Of a stretch of 64,000 bases of DNA, positions 1 to 9,638 are shown one piece after another. The stretch lies in the NCBI GenBank assembly GCA_030754655.1, contig JASLZX010000004.1:30095-94094 (forward strand), written 5' to 3'. The notes below the pieces were generated by a model. The model was not told where the DNA came from and did no database searches. It saw only the letters and a list, made by a program, of their open reading frames with translations. The stretch's first letter is position 1. Each line of letters begins with the position of its first letter. Both the position numbers and the translations under genes were made by a program. The stretch comes from Candidatus Poseidoniia archaeon (GTDB taxonomy: Archaea > Thermoplasmatota > Poseidoniia > MGIII > CG-Epi1).

Positions 1-620
1 TGCGCTGCCGGCAGGCGAAGGACGGCCGCATCGGCGCCTTCGCGACCGCCGGCGACGGGACCGCAAAGCTGCTGAAGGACGCTGGCAAGCTCTGCGCCAA
101 ATTGGGCTTCAAAAAGCAGGAGCTGAAGGTCGATTACGGCGCGCTCTATCTGGACGACGCGCATCCAGCGGACGTCGAGCATATCGACGCCGCGCTGGCG
201 TATGTCGACGCGTCGCACGGCGGCTTCGGCTTCATGGCACCCTCGAGCAGCTACCATCGGCTGATGCTCGGCCTCACCGGCGGCAAGATGTCGTCGTCCG
301 AACCCGACAGCGCCATCTTCCTCGCCGACTCTCCCAAGGAAGCGCAGCGGAAGGTGAAGCGGGCGCAGACAACCGGCGGTGCGACGGTCGAAGAGCATCG
401 AAAGACGGGCGGCCGCCCGCTCGAATGCCCGGTTTTCGAGCTATACGCCTACCACCTCATGGACGACGACTCAAAGCTCAAGAAAATTCACGATGGCTGC
501 GCCGACGGCAGCTGGTTCTGCGGCGATTGCAAGGCGCTCGCGGGCGACCTGCTGGGGGGCTTCCTCGAAGGCCACCAGTCACGGCTGGCGGAAGCCGATA
601 CAGCTGGCTTCGTAGTTTAA
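1..620 (+). CDS. trpS: Tryptophanyl-tRNA synthetase, C-terminal ~205 aa; 5' end lies outside the window
   Basis: The frame is open from the window edge, and the ORF-track M is a TTG. It carries a class-I KMSKS motif as GKMSSS. The segments SAIFLADSPKE, VEEHRKTGG, MDDDSKLKKI and GDCKALAGDL align with archaeal/eukaryal TrpRS C-termini. Confidence 0.8.
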   Translation, partial: RCRQAKDGRIGAFATAGDGTAKLLKDAGKLCAKLGFKKQELKVDYGALYLDDAHPADVEHIDAALAYVDASHGGFGFMAPSSSYHRLMLGLTGGKMSSSEPDSAIFLADSPKEAQRKVKRAQTTGGATVEEHRKTGGRPLECPVFELYAYHLMDDDSKLKKIHDGCADGSWFCGDCKALAGDLLGGFLEGHQSRLAEADTAGFVV

Positions 621-630
621 ATATTGGTCG

Positions 631-1305
631 TCAGGAATCCCAGCCGCGCTCGGCAGCCATTTCGCGCCCCAGCACCGCCGGCATCTGTGCCAGCAGCGCC
701 GCCTCCATCGCGCACATCGGAATGTCGTGTCCGAGCGCCGCCAGCGATGTGTGCCGGCCCACCGGCAGGCCGCAGCCGGCGACCGCTTGCAGGCGGTCGC
801 CCGGCGTCGACAAGTTGATGTCGAAGCCGTGGCGCGAGACCCACTGGCTGAACTGCAGCCCGATGCTCGCGACCTTGAAACCGTCGAGCCAGACCCCCAT
901 CATGGCGGGGTTGCGCCCGGCGTCAACGCCGAAAGTTGCGAGCGATTCGATAATCCACTCCTCGATGAGCGTGATTACCGTGCGAATCGATTCCTCGCGC
1001 CAGCGGAAGACAGGGTAGCCGACGAGCTGCCCCGGCCCGTGCCAGGTGATGCCGCCGCCGCGGTCCACCTCGCGCGACGCGTAGCCGTTCGGCGCCGTGA
1101 TGCCATCGACCTTCGCGCGGCGCCCGACGGTGATGACCTCGGGGTGTTCGACGAAAATCAGCGTGTCCGGGATTTCGTCGCTAATGCGTTGCGCCTGCAG
1201 TGCCTGCATCACCGCGTCAACCGTGGCGTGAGTGCGTTGGCCAGCGTGCAGCAGCGTCACCGGCGCCAGCCGCGCCCGCGTTTCCAGCGTCACGACCTCG
1301 CTCAT
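631..1305 (-). CDS. lipB: Octanoyl-[ACP]:protein N-octanoyltransferase (lipoate-protein ligase B)
   Basis: 224 aa with a BPL/LPL catalytic fold signature (GGGITWHGPGQLVGYP...KVASIGL). It overlaps the upstream lpd stop by 4 nt at the distal end of the 2-oxoacid dehydrogenase operon. Confidence 0.85.
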   Translation of the reverse strand: MSEVVTLETRARLAPVTLLHAGQRTHATVDAVMQALQAQRISDEIPDTLIFVEHPEVITVGRRAKVDGITAPNGYASREVDRGGGITWHGPGQLVGYPVFRWREESIRTVITLIEEWIIESLATFGVDAGRNPAMMGVWLDGFKVASIGLQFSQWVSRHGFDINLSTPGDRLQAVAGCGLPVGRHTSLAALGHDIPMCAMEAALLAQMPAVLGREMAAERGWDS

Positions 1306-2714
1306 TTGGCGACGTGGATGGCGTGCCCCAGCGCCGCCAGCGCCGCCTCGGCGAACGCCTCGGTCAGCGTCGGGTGGACGTGGATGGTCCCGGCAATGTC
1401 CTCCAGTCGCGTTCCCATCTCGAGCGCGTGCGCAAATTCCCCGCTCAGTTCGGCAACGTGCCCGCCGACGGCGTGGATGCCGACGATGACGTTGTCATCG
1501 CGCCGGGCGGTGATGCGTACGAAGCCGCCGTCAGCGCCCGCCTGCATCGCCAGCGCGCGTCCGCTCGCGGCGAAGGGGAACTTGCCGATGGTCGTGGCGA
1601 TGCCCGCCTCCTCCGCCTCGGCGGGCGTCAGGCCGACGCCGACGATTTCGGGCTCTGTAAAGCAGACCGCCGGGATAGCGACTGGGTCGAATTCGCGGCG
1701 GTGGCCGGCGATGATTTCGGCGACCATTTCGCCCTGCGCCGACGCTTTGTGCGCCAGCATCGGTTCGCCGACAAGGTCGCCGATGGCCCAGACATTGCGC
1801 ATCGACGTGCGGCAACGGCTGTCGACCCTGACGAACGGCCCGTCCAGGTCGACTGCCATATTCTCCAGCCCCCAGCCCTTGGTGCAGGGGCGGCGGCCGA
1901 CGGTCACCAGTACGCGGTCGCCCTTGGCTTTCTGCGTCTTTCCGTCGGAATCGGTGAACTCGACCGTCGTTGTTTTCCCGCGCGTCTTGGCAGCAGTCGC
2001 CTTCGCGCCGAGATGCACCGGCACCTTGTGGCGGCGCAGCCACATCGAAATCGGTCGCACCATCTCCGTATCGTAGAGCGGCAGGATGCGGTCCAGCGCT
2101 TCGACGAATTCCACTTCGCAGCCGAGCTTGCGGTACGCAATCCCAAGTTCGAGCCCGATATAGCCAGCGCCGATTATCACCAGCTTGCTCGGCAGCTCCT
2201 TCAGCTCGAGCGCCTCGGTCGACGAGATGATGTTGCCGCCGAATGGCATGAACGGCAGCTCTGTCGCCAGGGATCCTGTGGCGAGAATCACGTGCTCGGC
2301 CGTGATGGTCACGCTGCCGTCGGCAGTCTTTACGTCACAAGTCTTGCCATCGTGAAAGGTGGCCCAGCCCTGCAGCAGTTCGACGCCCGCCTTCTTCAGC
2401 AGCGTTTCGACGCCGCTGTTGAGTTTGTCGACAATCGACTCCTTCCATGCCACCAGCGCACCCATGTTCAGCAGCGGGCCGTCGGGGAGCGAGATGCCCA
2501 TCTCGCCCGCGCCAGCGTGCGCGCCCAGTTCCTCGAAGCGGCTCGCAGCGTGGATTACTGCCTTCGACGGGATGCAGCCGCGAATCAGACAGGTGCCGCC
2601 GGCGCGGTCGCCCTCGATAATGATTGTCTTGAGCCCGAGCTGCCCAGCGCGGATGGCGGCGACGTAGCCTCCCGGTCCGGCGCCGACTACCAGCACCTTG
2701 CATTTGCGTTCCAT
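1302..2714 (-). CDS. lpdA: Dihydrolipoyl dehydrogenase (E3)
   Basis: 470 aa. It has an FAD-binding GAGPGGY motif, a redox-active disulfide GGTCLIRGCIPSK, and a C-terminal dimerisation domain with the HVHPTLTE motif. Confidence 0.95.
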   Translation of the reverse strand: MERKCKVLVVGAGPGGYVAAIRAGQLGLKTIIIEGDRAGGTCLIRGCIPSKAVIHAASRFEELGAHAGAGEMGISLPDGPLLNMGALVAWKESIVDKLNSGVETLLKKAGVELLQGWATFHDGKTCDVKTADGSVTITAEHVILATGSLATELPFMPFGGNIISSTEALELKELPSKLVIIGAGYIGLELGIAYRKLGCEVEFVEALDRILPLYDTEMVRPISMWLRRHKVPVHLGAKATAAKTRGKTTTVEFTDSDGKTQKAKGDRVLVTVGRRPCTKGWGLENMAVDLDGPFVRVDSRCRTSMRNVWAIGDLVGEPMLAHKASAQGEMVAEIIAGHRREFDPVAIPAVCFTEPEIVGVGLTPAEAEEAGIATTIGKFPFAASGRALAMQAGADGGFVRITARRDDNVIVGIHAVGGHVAELSGEFAHALEMGTRLEDIAGTIHVHPTLTEAFAEAALAALGHAIHVAK

Positions 2715-2716
2715 GA

Positions 2717-3979
2717 TTAGATGAAAATTGTCGCCGGATGTTCCAGCATCTGCTTCAGCGTCTGCATCATCCGGGCGCCGTCATAGCCGTCGACGACGCG
2801 GTGGTCGAACGACCCCGAGAGATTCATCATGCGCCGCACGACGATGTTGCCGTCGCGCACGACCGCTCGCTCCTCGGCCTTGTGGACGCCGATAATCGCT
2901 ACCTCAGGGTGGTTGATAATCGGCGTTGCACCCAGCCCTCCCAGCGCGCCCAGGCTGGTGATGGTAATCGTCGAGCCCGAAAGTTCTTCGGTCGTGGCGG
3001 TCTTCTCGCGCGCCGCTTGCGAGACGCGCCGCATTTCATTGGCGCAGTCCCAGACGTCGCGCGCCTCGGCGTGCCGCACCACCGGCACCATCAGCCCGCC
3101 TTCGGTCTGCGTCGCGATGCCAGCGTGCAGCGCCTCGTGCTGGACGACGACGTTACGCTCGTCATCGTAGAGCGCGTTGCAGCCCGGGTGTTGCTGGAGC
3201 GTCCGTACCAGCGCCTGCATCAGGAACGGCAGGTAGGTCAGCTTCGGCTGTTCGCTGCTGCGCGTCGCGTTCAGATGCTGGCGCAGCGATTCCAGTTCGG
3301 TAATGTCAATCTCCTCAAGATAACTGAAGTGCGGAATGCGCGACTTCGACGCAGCCATCTTAGCGGCAATCTTGCGCCGTAGCCCGATAACCGGGATTTC
3401 GGTCGTGCCGGTCCGTTTCTGTCCGCGCTGGCCCCCCATCAGGCGACCTCCCGATTGCAGGAATGCATCCAGGTCATCGTGCGAGATTCGCCCCACCGGC
3501 CCGCTGCCAGGCACTCCCGCCAGCTCGACGCCCGCCTCGCGCGCCCTCCGCCGCACCGCTGGCGACGCGAGCGGCCGCTTGCCCGTCGCGGTCGGTGCGG
3601 CCGCCGCCGGGGGCGCCGCAGGTGTGGGCGCAGGGGGCGCTGCCGGTGCTGGAGTGGGAGCCGGCGTGTCGGCTGGCGCGGGTTCAGGGGCCGGCTCGGG
3701 TTCGGGAGTGGCTTCTGGTTCCGGTTCCCCGCCCTTGCCTTCGACGTCGAATACAATCAACTCGGCGCCAACCGGGACCATGTCGCCCGGTTTGCCGGTC
3801 GTCGAGAGCACTTTGCCGCTGACGGGCGACGGAATCGCGACGGTTGCCTTGTCAGTCATTAAATCCACAAGCGGCTGGTCCTCGGCGACCGTCTCGCCCT
3901 TCTTGACTTTCCACTCGACAATCTCGCCTTCGACGATGCCTTCGCCGACATCCGGCAGCTTGAATACGTACTTGCCCAT
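2717..3979 (-). CDS. Dihydrolipoamide acyltransferase (E2) of a 2-oxoacid dehydrogenase complex
   Basis: The lipoyl domain carries the lipoyl-lysine motif DLMTDKATVAIPSP. A Pro/Ala-rich linker is followed by a peripheral subunit-binding domain and a catalytic domain with the DHRVVDG active-site motif. The start was trimmed to MGKYVFKLPDVGEG. Confidence 0.9.
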   Translation of the reverse strand: MGKYVFKLPDVGEGIVEGEIVEWKVKKGETVAEDQPLVDLMTDKATVAIPSPVSGKVLSTTGKPGDMVPVGAELIVFDVEGKGGEPEPEATPEPEPAPEPAPADTPAPTPAPAAPPAPTPAAPPAAAAPTATGKRPLASPAVRRRAREAGVELAGVPGSGPVGRISHDDLDAFLQSGGRLMGGQRGQKRTGTTEIPVIGLRRKIAAKMAASKSRIPHFSYLEEIDITELESLRQHLNATRSSEQPKLTYLPFLMQALVRTLQQHPGCNALYDDERNVVVQHEALHAGIATQTEGGLMVPVVRHAEARDVWDCANEMRRVSQAAREKTATTEELSGSTITITSLGALGGLGATPIINHPEVAIIGVHKAEERAVVRDGNIVVRRMMNLSGSFDHRVVDGYDGARMMQTLKQMLEHPATIFI

Positions 3980-3980
3980 T

Positions 3981-4997
3981 TCAGTTATTCTCCATCGTTC
4001 GCGCAATCGCTTCCATCACTCGCTCCTGGCTGGGGAAGTACTCCCATTCCAGCGTGTGGGGAAAAGGAGTGTCCCACCCCGTGACGCGCTCGACTGGCGC
4101 TTCCAGCTGCCAGAAACACTCCTCCATGATTTGCGCCGCTAGCTCACCCCCGTAGCCGCTCGTGCGCGGCGCCTCGTGGACCACCACGCAGCGCCCGGTC
4201 TTCTGAACGCTGGCGACAATCGCCTCCAGGTCGAGTGGCAGCAGCGAGCGCAGGTCGATGACCTCGCAGCTCGTAGGGCTGCGCGCTGCGGCCGCTTGCG
4301 CGACGTGCACCATTGTGCCCCACGCTAGTAGCGTCACGTCATCGCCCGGGGCGACGACCTTCGCCTCGCCGAGCGGGATGCGGTAGTAATCCTCGGGGAC
4401 TTCGCCGCCGGGGTGGGTGTCCCACTTCTTCGCAGCGGCGGCGTGGTCGCCGTCGAACGGTCCGCTGTAGAGCCGCTTCGGCTCGAAGAAAATAACCGGG
4501 TCGTCGTCCTCGACCGCTGTCGTCAGCAGCCCCTTGGCGTCGTAGGGATTCGAGACGACGACTACCTTCAGCCCCGGGGTGTGGGTGAAGTATACTTCCG
4601 GGCTTTGGGAGTGGTAGTGGCCGCCGCGGATGCCGCCCCCGCACGGCGTGCGGAAGGTGACCGGTGCCCAGTATTCGCCACCCGAGCGGTAGCGCAGCTT
4701 CGCCAGCTCGTTGGTAATCTGGTCGAAGGCGGGGAAAATGTAGTCGGAAAACTGGATTTCGGCGACCGGACGCAGCCCGTTGATGCCCATGCCGATGGCG
4801 ATGGACGCGATACCGCCTTCGGATAGTGGGGTGTCGAAGACGCGGTGTAGTCCGTGCTTAGCCTGAAGGCCGTCGGTGCAGCGGAAAACACCGCCGAAGT
4901 AGCCGACGTCCTCGCCGAAAATCACGACGTTATCGTCGCGCTCGAGCAATGTGTCGAGCGCGCTGTTGACTGCCTGGACGATATTCATCTGCGCCAT
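3981..4997 (-). CDS. 2-oxoacid dehydrogenase E1 component, beta subunit (transketolase-like)
   Basis: 338 aa. N-terminal MAQMNIVQAVNSALDT...FGEDVG is typical of PDH/BCKDH E1 beta. It is translationally coupled to E1 alpha. Confidence 0.9.
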   Translation of the reverse strand: MAQMNIVQAVNSALDTLLERDDNVVIFGEDVGYFGGVFRCTDGLQAKHGLHRVFDTPLSEGGIASIAIGMGINGLRPVAEIQFSDYIFPAFDQITNELAKLRYRSGGEYWAPVTFRTPCGGGIRGGHYHSQSPEVYFTHTPGLKVVVVSNPYDAKGLLTTAVEDDDPVIFFEPKRLYSGPFDGDHAAAAKKWDTHPGGEVPEDYYRIPLGEAKVVAPGDDVTLLAWGTMVHVAQAAAARSPTSCEVIDLRSLLPLDLEAIVASVQKTGRCVVVHEAPRTSGYGGELAAQIMEECFWQLEAPVERVTGWDTPFPHTLEWEYFPSQERVMEAIARTMENN

Positions 4998-6220
4998 CAG
5001 ACCCCCAGCTGCTGTCGCTGCTTGCGCAGGTGCGGCAGTTCGTTTTTATAGACGTCTTCGAAAAGCGTGCTCGCCGGTGGATACGGTCCCGCATCGAGCG
5101 TGCCGTATTCCTCCGCCTTCTTGTAGGACTTGACGACCAGTTTGTCAAGCTCCTTTTCGAGCGCCTTGTGGCGCTTGTTGTCCCACTCGCCGATTGCCTT
5201 GAGATGGGCCTTCAGCCGCTCGACGGGGTCGCCCAGCGGCCACGACTCCCACTCATTTTTCGGCCGGTAGCGCGTCGGGTCATCGCTGGTCGAGTGTGCC
5301 TCGCCGCGGTAGGTCAGGACCTCGATGAAGGTCGCGCCGAGCCCCTGCCGCGCGCGCTCGGCGGCCCACTGCGTCACGCCGTAGAGCGCGAGAAAGTCGT
5401 TGCCGTCGACGCGAATCGACGGCAAGTCGTAGGCGATGCCGCGTGCCGCGAAGGTGGCGCCGCCGGTCGAGATATTCATGTGGGTCGAGATGGCCCACTG
5501 GTTGTTGACCACGTTCAGGATTACCGGCGCACGGTAGACTGCGGCGAAGTTGATGGCGTAGTGGAAATCGCCCTCAGCGGCGGTGCCGTCGCCCAACCAC
5601 GAGATGGCGATGCTATCCTCGCCGCGGTAGGCAAACGCCATCGCGGCGCCGACCGCCTGCGGGAATTGCGTTCCCACCGGTGATGAAATCGAGACGAAAT
5701 TGCCCTCGCGCCAGGTGTAGTGTACCGGCATCTGCCGCCCCTTAGCGTTGTCGCGCTGATTCGAGATGCAGTGACACATCATGTCGACCAGATCACGCCC
5801 GCGCACCAGCTGCAGCCCCGGCTGGCGATAGCTCGGGAACAGGATGTCGTCGTCGCGCAGCGCCATGCCTTGCGCAATTGCGACCGCCTCCTCGCCGAGC
5901 GACTTCATGTAGAACGAGAGCTTGCCGGTGCGCTGCAGCGTCTGCATGCGGTCGTCGTAGATGCGCAGTAGCAGCATGTGGCGCAGCCCGGTGCGCAATG
6001 CCTCTGCATCGAGTTTGGGGTTCCAGTCGCCGACAGCGCGATGCTTGTCGTCGAGCACGCGCACCAGCGAGAACGCCAGCTCGCGCATGTCGGCCGCGTC
6101 GCCGTCGACCGGCGGCCGCGTCGCCTCGCCTGCCTTGGGCAGCTTGAGCTGGCTGAAGTCGGGCTGTTCGCCCGGCCGCGCCGGCGGTTCTGGTACATGC
6201 AGCGTACGCTTGCGGCTCAC
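4997..6220 (-). CDS. 2-oxoacid dehydrogenase E1 component, alpha subunit (TPP-dependent)
   Basis: 407 aa with the TPP-binding motif GDGTAAEGDFHYAINFAAVYRAPVILNVVNNQWAIST, resembling branched-chain/pyruvate E1 alpha. Confidence 0.9.
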   Translation of the reverse strand: MSRKRTLHVPEPPARPGEQPDFSQLKLPKAGEATRPPVDGDAADMRELAFSLVRVLDDKHRAVGDWNPKLDAEALRTGLRHMLLLRIYDDRMQTLQRTGKLSFYMKSLGEEAVAIAQGMALRDDDILFPSYRQPGLQLVRGRDLVDMMCHCISNQRDNAKGRQMPVHYTWREGNFVSISSPVGTQFPQAVGAAMAFAYRGEDSIAISWLGDGTAAEGDFHYAINFAAVYRAPVILNVVNNQWAISTHMNISTGGATFAARGIAYDLPSIRVDGNDFLALYGVTQWAAERARQGLGATFIEVLTYRGEAHSTSDDPTRYRPKNEWESWPLGDPVERLKAHLKAIGEWDNKRHKALEKELDKLVVKSYKKAEEYGTLDAGPYPPASTLFEDVYKNELPHLRKQRQQLGV

Positions 6221-7143
6221 GCAACCACCTGTAGCCCCGCCGCGCCCTGCGCCGTGGTCAGTAGCGACTCGGCGCGGTAGGAGGAGCGCACCAGCGGCCC
6301 CGACGCAATCGCGCGGAAGCCCAGCTCGCGGGCGGTGCGCGCCAGTGCGTCAAACCGCTTGGGTGTCACGAACTCGCGGATGGGGTGGTAACCCGGTCCC
6401 GGCGCGAGGTATTGCCCGAGCGTCAGCAGTTCCACGCCAACGTCGCGCAGCGCGCTGAACGTGTCGTGAATTTCAGCCTTGGTCTCGCCCAGCCCGAGCA
6501 TGATGCTCGACTTGGTCACCAGCTCCGGGCGCAATTCCTTCGCCGCCGCGAGGATGCGCAGCGACTGCGCAAAGCTGGCGCGCGGGTCGCGCACCTCGGG
6601 CGTCAGCCGTTCGACGGTCTCGACGTTGTGCGCGAAGACTTGCAACGGCGCTCCGTTGAGGAGCGCCGCCAGCGCCGCTTCGTTGCCAGCGAGGTCGCTG
6701 CATAGCAGCTCCAGCCCCACATCGGGGAGCCGTGCGTGGACTGCGTCGAGGCAGGCGCGGTAGTGGGTTACGCCGTCGTCGGGCAGGTCGTCGCGGTTGA
6801 CGACCGTAATTACCGCGTAGCTAAGCCCCATCGCGGCGACGGCGTCCGCCAGCTGCTGTGGCTCCGCCGGGTCGGGCGCGGCCGGCGCGCGCATCGTCTC
6901 GACTGCGCAGAAGCGGCAGCCGCGGGTGCACTCCCGGCCGGCGACCATGAAGGTAGCGGTGCCGCGCCCCCAGCACTCGTGGAGGTTGGGGCAGTGCGCT
7001 TCCTCGCAGACGGTGTGCAGCGCGTTGCCGGCGACCGCACCGGTCGTCGCGCGGTAGCGCTCCAGCGCCGCGCCGGTCGGCAACTCGACGCGGAACCATT
7101 CGGGCAGCCTCGTTCGTGCGTGCGTAGACAAGCGAGCCGGCAT
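6217..7143 (-). CDS. lipA: Lipoyl synthase (radical SAM)
   Basis: It has two Cys clusters, CEEAHCPNLHEC and CTRGCRFC. It overlaps the E1 alpha start by 4 nt and is the first gene of the operon. Confidence 0.95.
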   Translation of the reverse strand: MPARLSTHARTRLPEWFRVELPTGAALERYRATTGAVAGNALHTVCEEAHCPNLHECWGRGTATFMVAGRECTRGCRFCAVETMRAPAAPDPAEPQQLADAVAAMGLSYAVITVVNRDDLPDDGVTHYRACLDAVHARLPDVGLELLCSDLAGNEAALAALLNGAPLQVFAHNVETVERLTPEVRDPRASFAQSLRILAAAKELRPELVTKSSIMLGLGETKAEIHDTFSALRDVGVELLTLGQYLAPGPGYHPIREFVTPKRFDALARTARELGFRAIASGPLVRSSYRAESLLTTAQGAAGLQVVA

Positions 7144-7210
7144 CAGTCGTGCGGTTTAATGCTAATGGCTGTGCAGACTGCACCAATCATGGAGAGTACC
7201 CAGTTCGTGG

Positions 7211-8623
7211 TCAGTGGCGCCACATAGGTAGAACAGCGTCGTAGCCCGCGAGCGGGACGCCTGTCAGCGCGGCAGCCTCCTGGTCGAGCGCGCGCAGCTG
7301 CTCCGGCCCCAGCTCGCTGGCGCTGCCGGCGCCGAGCGCACCCATCGCGTGCGCGAGCTGGTCGCCCAGCTTGCCGAGCCGGTTCAGCGTGATCTTGCTG
7401 GTCAGCACGACCCCGGCGGCGCCCAATGCCAGCATTTTGAGCACGTCGTCCGCCGATGCCCAGGGCATCTCTGCCAGCACCGGCAGCCCGCTGCCACGCG
7501 CCGCGGAGAGCGCCGCCTCGAGTGGGACGGTGCCCGGCGTCAAGATAACGCCGTCGGACGCCGCGGTGCGCAACGCGCCCATGTCGCCGCTAAGGTCGCC
7601 CGCGGGGAGCCGTACCAGCACCGGCACACGGTCGCGCGCCCCCTGTCGCACCAGCTCGACCACCTGTACCAGGTCGTCAGGCCGTTCCATGTCGAGCCGC
7701 CGCGGCAGCCTCCCGGTGCAAAGGTCGATGACTGCCAGGTTGCATTTGTCGAAACTGGGCGCTTTCGCGCCGACCGCCCACGTCGCCTCTTGCGGCGCGT
7801 GGTCGCCCTGCCACAGCAGTGGAATCGTCAGGTTCAGCGGCTCACCAGTCCCGGGGCCGAGCACCAGTCCGGGGTTGACGCGGTCGAGCCCGGGTCGACG
7901 TGGCCGTCGCTTCAGCACCGCCGGCACCAGCCGCAACCGCGACAGCAGCTCTGGCACTTCCTCGCGCTCCGGTCGCGGCGGTGCGGCGACCGCACCGCCG
8001 CTGACGCTCTGGAACTCGAGCCCGTGCGGGTCGATGCCGTGCTCCTGCAGCAGCCGCTGCACCGCCTTGCGCTCGGCGGGTGCGGCGGGCTTGGCGCCCC
8101 CGTCAGGCGGTGTGAAGTTGCCGGCGATGAACAGCTTGCCGCCCGCCATGTAGCGCGCCACGTCGCCGCCGACGTCGCCCGCCACTACGACGGTGCCGCC
8201 CTGCATCCCGGCGCCGAGCCCCCCCTCGACGTCGCCCGCGACCAGCAGCTCGCCGTCGAGCATCCCCGCCGCAGCGCCGCCCCGTACCGAGCCCTGCACC
8301 ACCAGCGTCCCGCCCGCTAGCCCGTGGCCGGCGCCGCTGCCGGCGGAGCCGTTGACGATGATTTCGCCACTGCGCATCGAGTTGCCGGTGAAACGCCCCG
8401 CGCCGCCGTTGAGTATTAGCTGCGCGCCGTGGTTCAGTCCACCGAAGTTGTCGCCACCAGTGCCGTCGAACGTTGCCGTCTTGCCCCGGGGGAAGCCGAC
8501 CGCGATGCACGCCAGCGGCTCGAGCCGCTTGGCGGCGACGGTGTCGCTCTCCGCCAGCCGCTCCAGCAGCCGCGAATTAATGTCGCCCGGTGTCGGGTCC
8601 CAGACCTCCTCCTCGTCCGCCAT
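7211..8623 (-). CDS. Glutamate synthase-like protein: N-terminal GXGXG beta-helix domain fused to C-terminal FMN-binding GltB-type TIM-barrel domain
   Basis: The tract NGGAGRFTGNSMRSGEIIVNGSAGSGAGHGLAGGTLVVQGSVRG...GGKLFIAGN has a repetitive G-rich beta-helix look. The C-terminal half resembles glutamate synthase domain 2. The ORF-track N-terminal 125 aa are Arg/Ser/Thr-rich junk, so the start was trimmed to the ATG of MADEEEVW. Confidence 0.7.
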   Translation of the reverse strand: MADEEEVWDPTPGDINSRLLERLAESDTVAAKRLEPLACIAVGFPRGKTATFDGTGGDNFGGLNHGAQLILNGGAGRFTGNSMRSGEIIVNGSAGSGAGHGLAGGTLVVQGSVRGGAAAGMLDGELLVAGDVEGGLGAGMQGGTVVVAGDVGGDVARYMAGGKLFIAGNFTPPDGGAKPAAPAERKAVQRLLQEHGIDPHGLEFQSVSGGAVAAPPRPEREEVPELLSRLRLVPAVLKRRPRRPGLDRVNPGLVLGPGTGEPLNLTIPLLWQGDHAPQEATWAVGAKAPSFDKCNLAVIDLCTGRLPRRLDMERPDDLVQVVELVRQGARDRVPVLVRLPAGDLSGDMGALRTAASDGVILTPGTVPLEAALSAARGSGLPVLAEMPWASADDVLKMLALGAAGVVLTSKITLNRLGKLGDQLAHAMGALGAGSASELGPEQLRALDQEAAALTGVPLAGYDAVLPMWRH

Positions 8624-8654
8624 CACCACGGCATCTGCGGTGGTATTTAGGTGG

Positions 8655-9638
8655 TTAGTGTCCCCGTGTGACCATGTATTCGAGCAGCGCCTCGAACAGC
8701 TGCCGCGGCTCGCCTTGCGGGTATTTCGCCAGCGTGTCGCGGATGCCCTGTAAGTAGCTGTTCGCCCGCTCGTAGCACGCCGCCAGCGCGCCGCTGCGCT
8801 CCATGATGGCGACCGCCTCCGCCACGTCGGCGTCGCTGTTGTCGCCGCCATTAAGGATGGCGGCGAGCCGCGCGCGGTCGTCGGGCGCGGCGCGATCCAG
8901 GGCTTCGATGACGAGCAGCGTGCGCTTGCCCTGCCGGATGTCGGAGCCGGACGGCTTGCCGAGAGTTTCGGCGGGAGCGGTCGCGTCAAGGTAGTCATCC
9001 CATATCTGGAAGCCGAGCCCGACCTCTATCGCCATCTGCCGCAGCTCCAGCGCCTCGCGCGCATCGGCACCACCGATGCGCGCGCCGCCGAACGCGGCTG
9101 AACCAAACAAAATTGAGGTCTTCAGCCGCACCATCTCTAGGTATTCGGCCGGCGCGACCGTTTTCCGTTCTTCAAAGTCAAGGTCCATCTGTTGTCCCTC
9201 ACCGATTTCCCGCACGGTAATTGCCAGATGGCGCACCAGTTCGGCGCGCAGCGCATCGCTGCAATCGCTGTCGGTCACCATCTCGAACGCGTAGGCGAAG
9301 AGCGCGTCGCCAGCGTTAATCGCCGCCGCGACGCCGAACTCGGCGTGCGCTGACGCGACGCCGTGTCGCAGGTCGTCCTCGTCCATTACGTCGTCGTGAA
9401 CCAGCGTAAAGTTGTGGACCGTTTCCAGCGCGGCGGCATACGGCACCGCCTTCGCCGAGTCGCCGCCGACCAGCTCGCACGCCAGCAGCGCCATCACCGG
9501 CCGCAGCCGCTTGCCGCCAGCAAGCGGGATATGCGCCATCGCGCGGTAAAGATTTTCAGGTGGGCGCACCAGCAGGTATTCGCGCAGCGCCGCCTCGACC
9601 GGCGCCGCTCGTGCGGTGAGCGTCGCCTTCAGCTCCAT
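8655..9638 (-). CDS. idsA: Geranylgeranyl diphosphate (polyprenyl) synthase
   Basis: First aspartate-rich motif LVHDDVMDED and second motif FQIWDDYLD. The start was trimmed to MELKATL. Confidence 0.85.
   Translation of the reverse strand: MELKATLTARAAPVEAALREYLLVRPPENLYRAMAHIPLAGGKRLRPVMALLACELVGGDSAKAVPYAAALETVHNFTLVHDDVMDEDDLRHGVASAHAEFGVAAAINAGDALFAYAFEMVTDSDCSDALRAELVRHLAITVREIGEGQQMDLDFEERKTVAPAEYLEMVRLKTSILFGSAAFGGARIGGADAREALELRQMAIEVGLGFQIWDDYLDATAPAETLGKPSGSDIRQGKRTLLVIEALDRAAPDDRARLAAILNGGDNSDADVAEAVAIMERSGALAACYERANSYLQGIRDTLAKYPQGEPRQLFEALLEYMVTRGH

Noticed and set aside
727-2720. Long plus-strand ORFs (727..2076, 1200..2720 and others) opposite lipB/lpd
   Set aside because: They lie antisense to unmistakable lipB and lpd genes. 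The products are Arg/Ala/Pro-rich low-complexity sequence typical of shadow ORFs in about 65% GC DNA.
3540-3740. Possible simple-sequence repeat (GC-rich, Pro/Ala/Glu codons)
   Set aside because: This is the flexible Pro/Ala linker of the E2 lipoyl-to-catalytic domain junction, a normal feature of E2 proteins and not a mobile or regulatory repeat.
8624-8998. N-terminal 125 codons of track ORF 7211..8998 and similar 5' extensions (9912..10376, 16114..17118, 25366..25623, 36172..36312, 40682..40966, 51025..51231)
   Set aside because: The upstream portions have junk composition (Ser/Arg/Thr/Pro runs), overlap neighbouring real genes, and in each case an internal ATG coincides with the start of recognisable homology.
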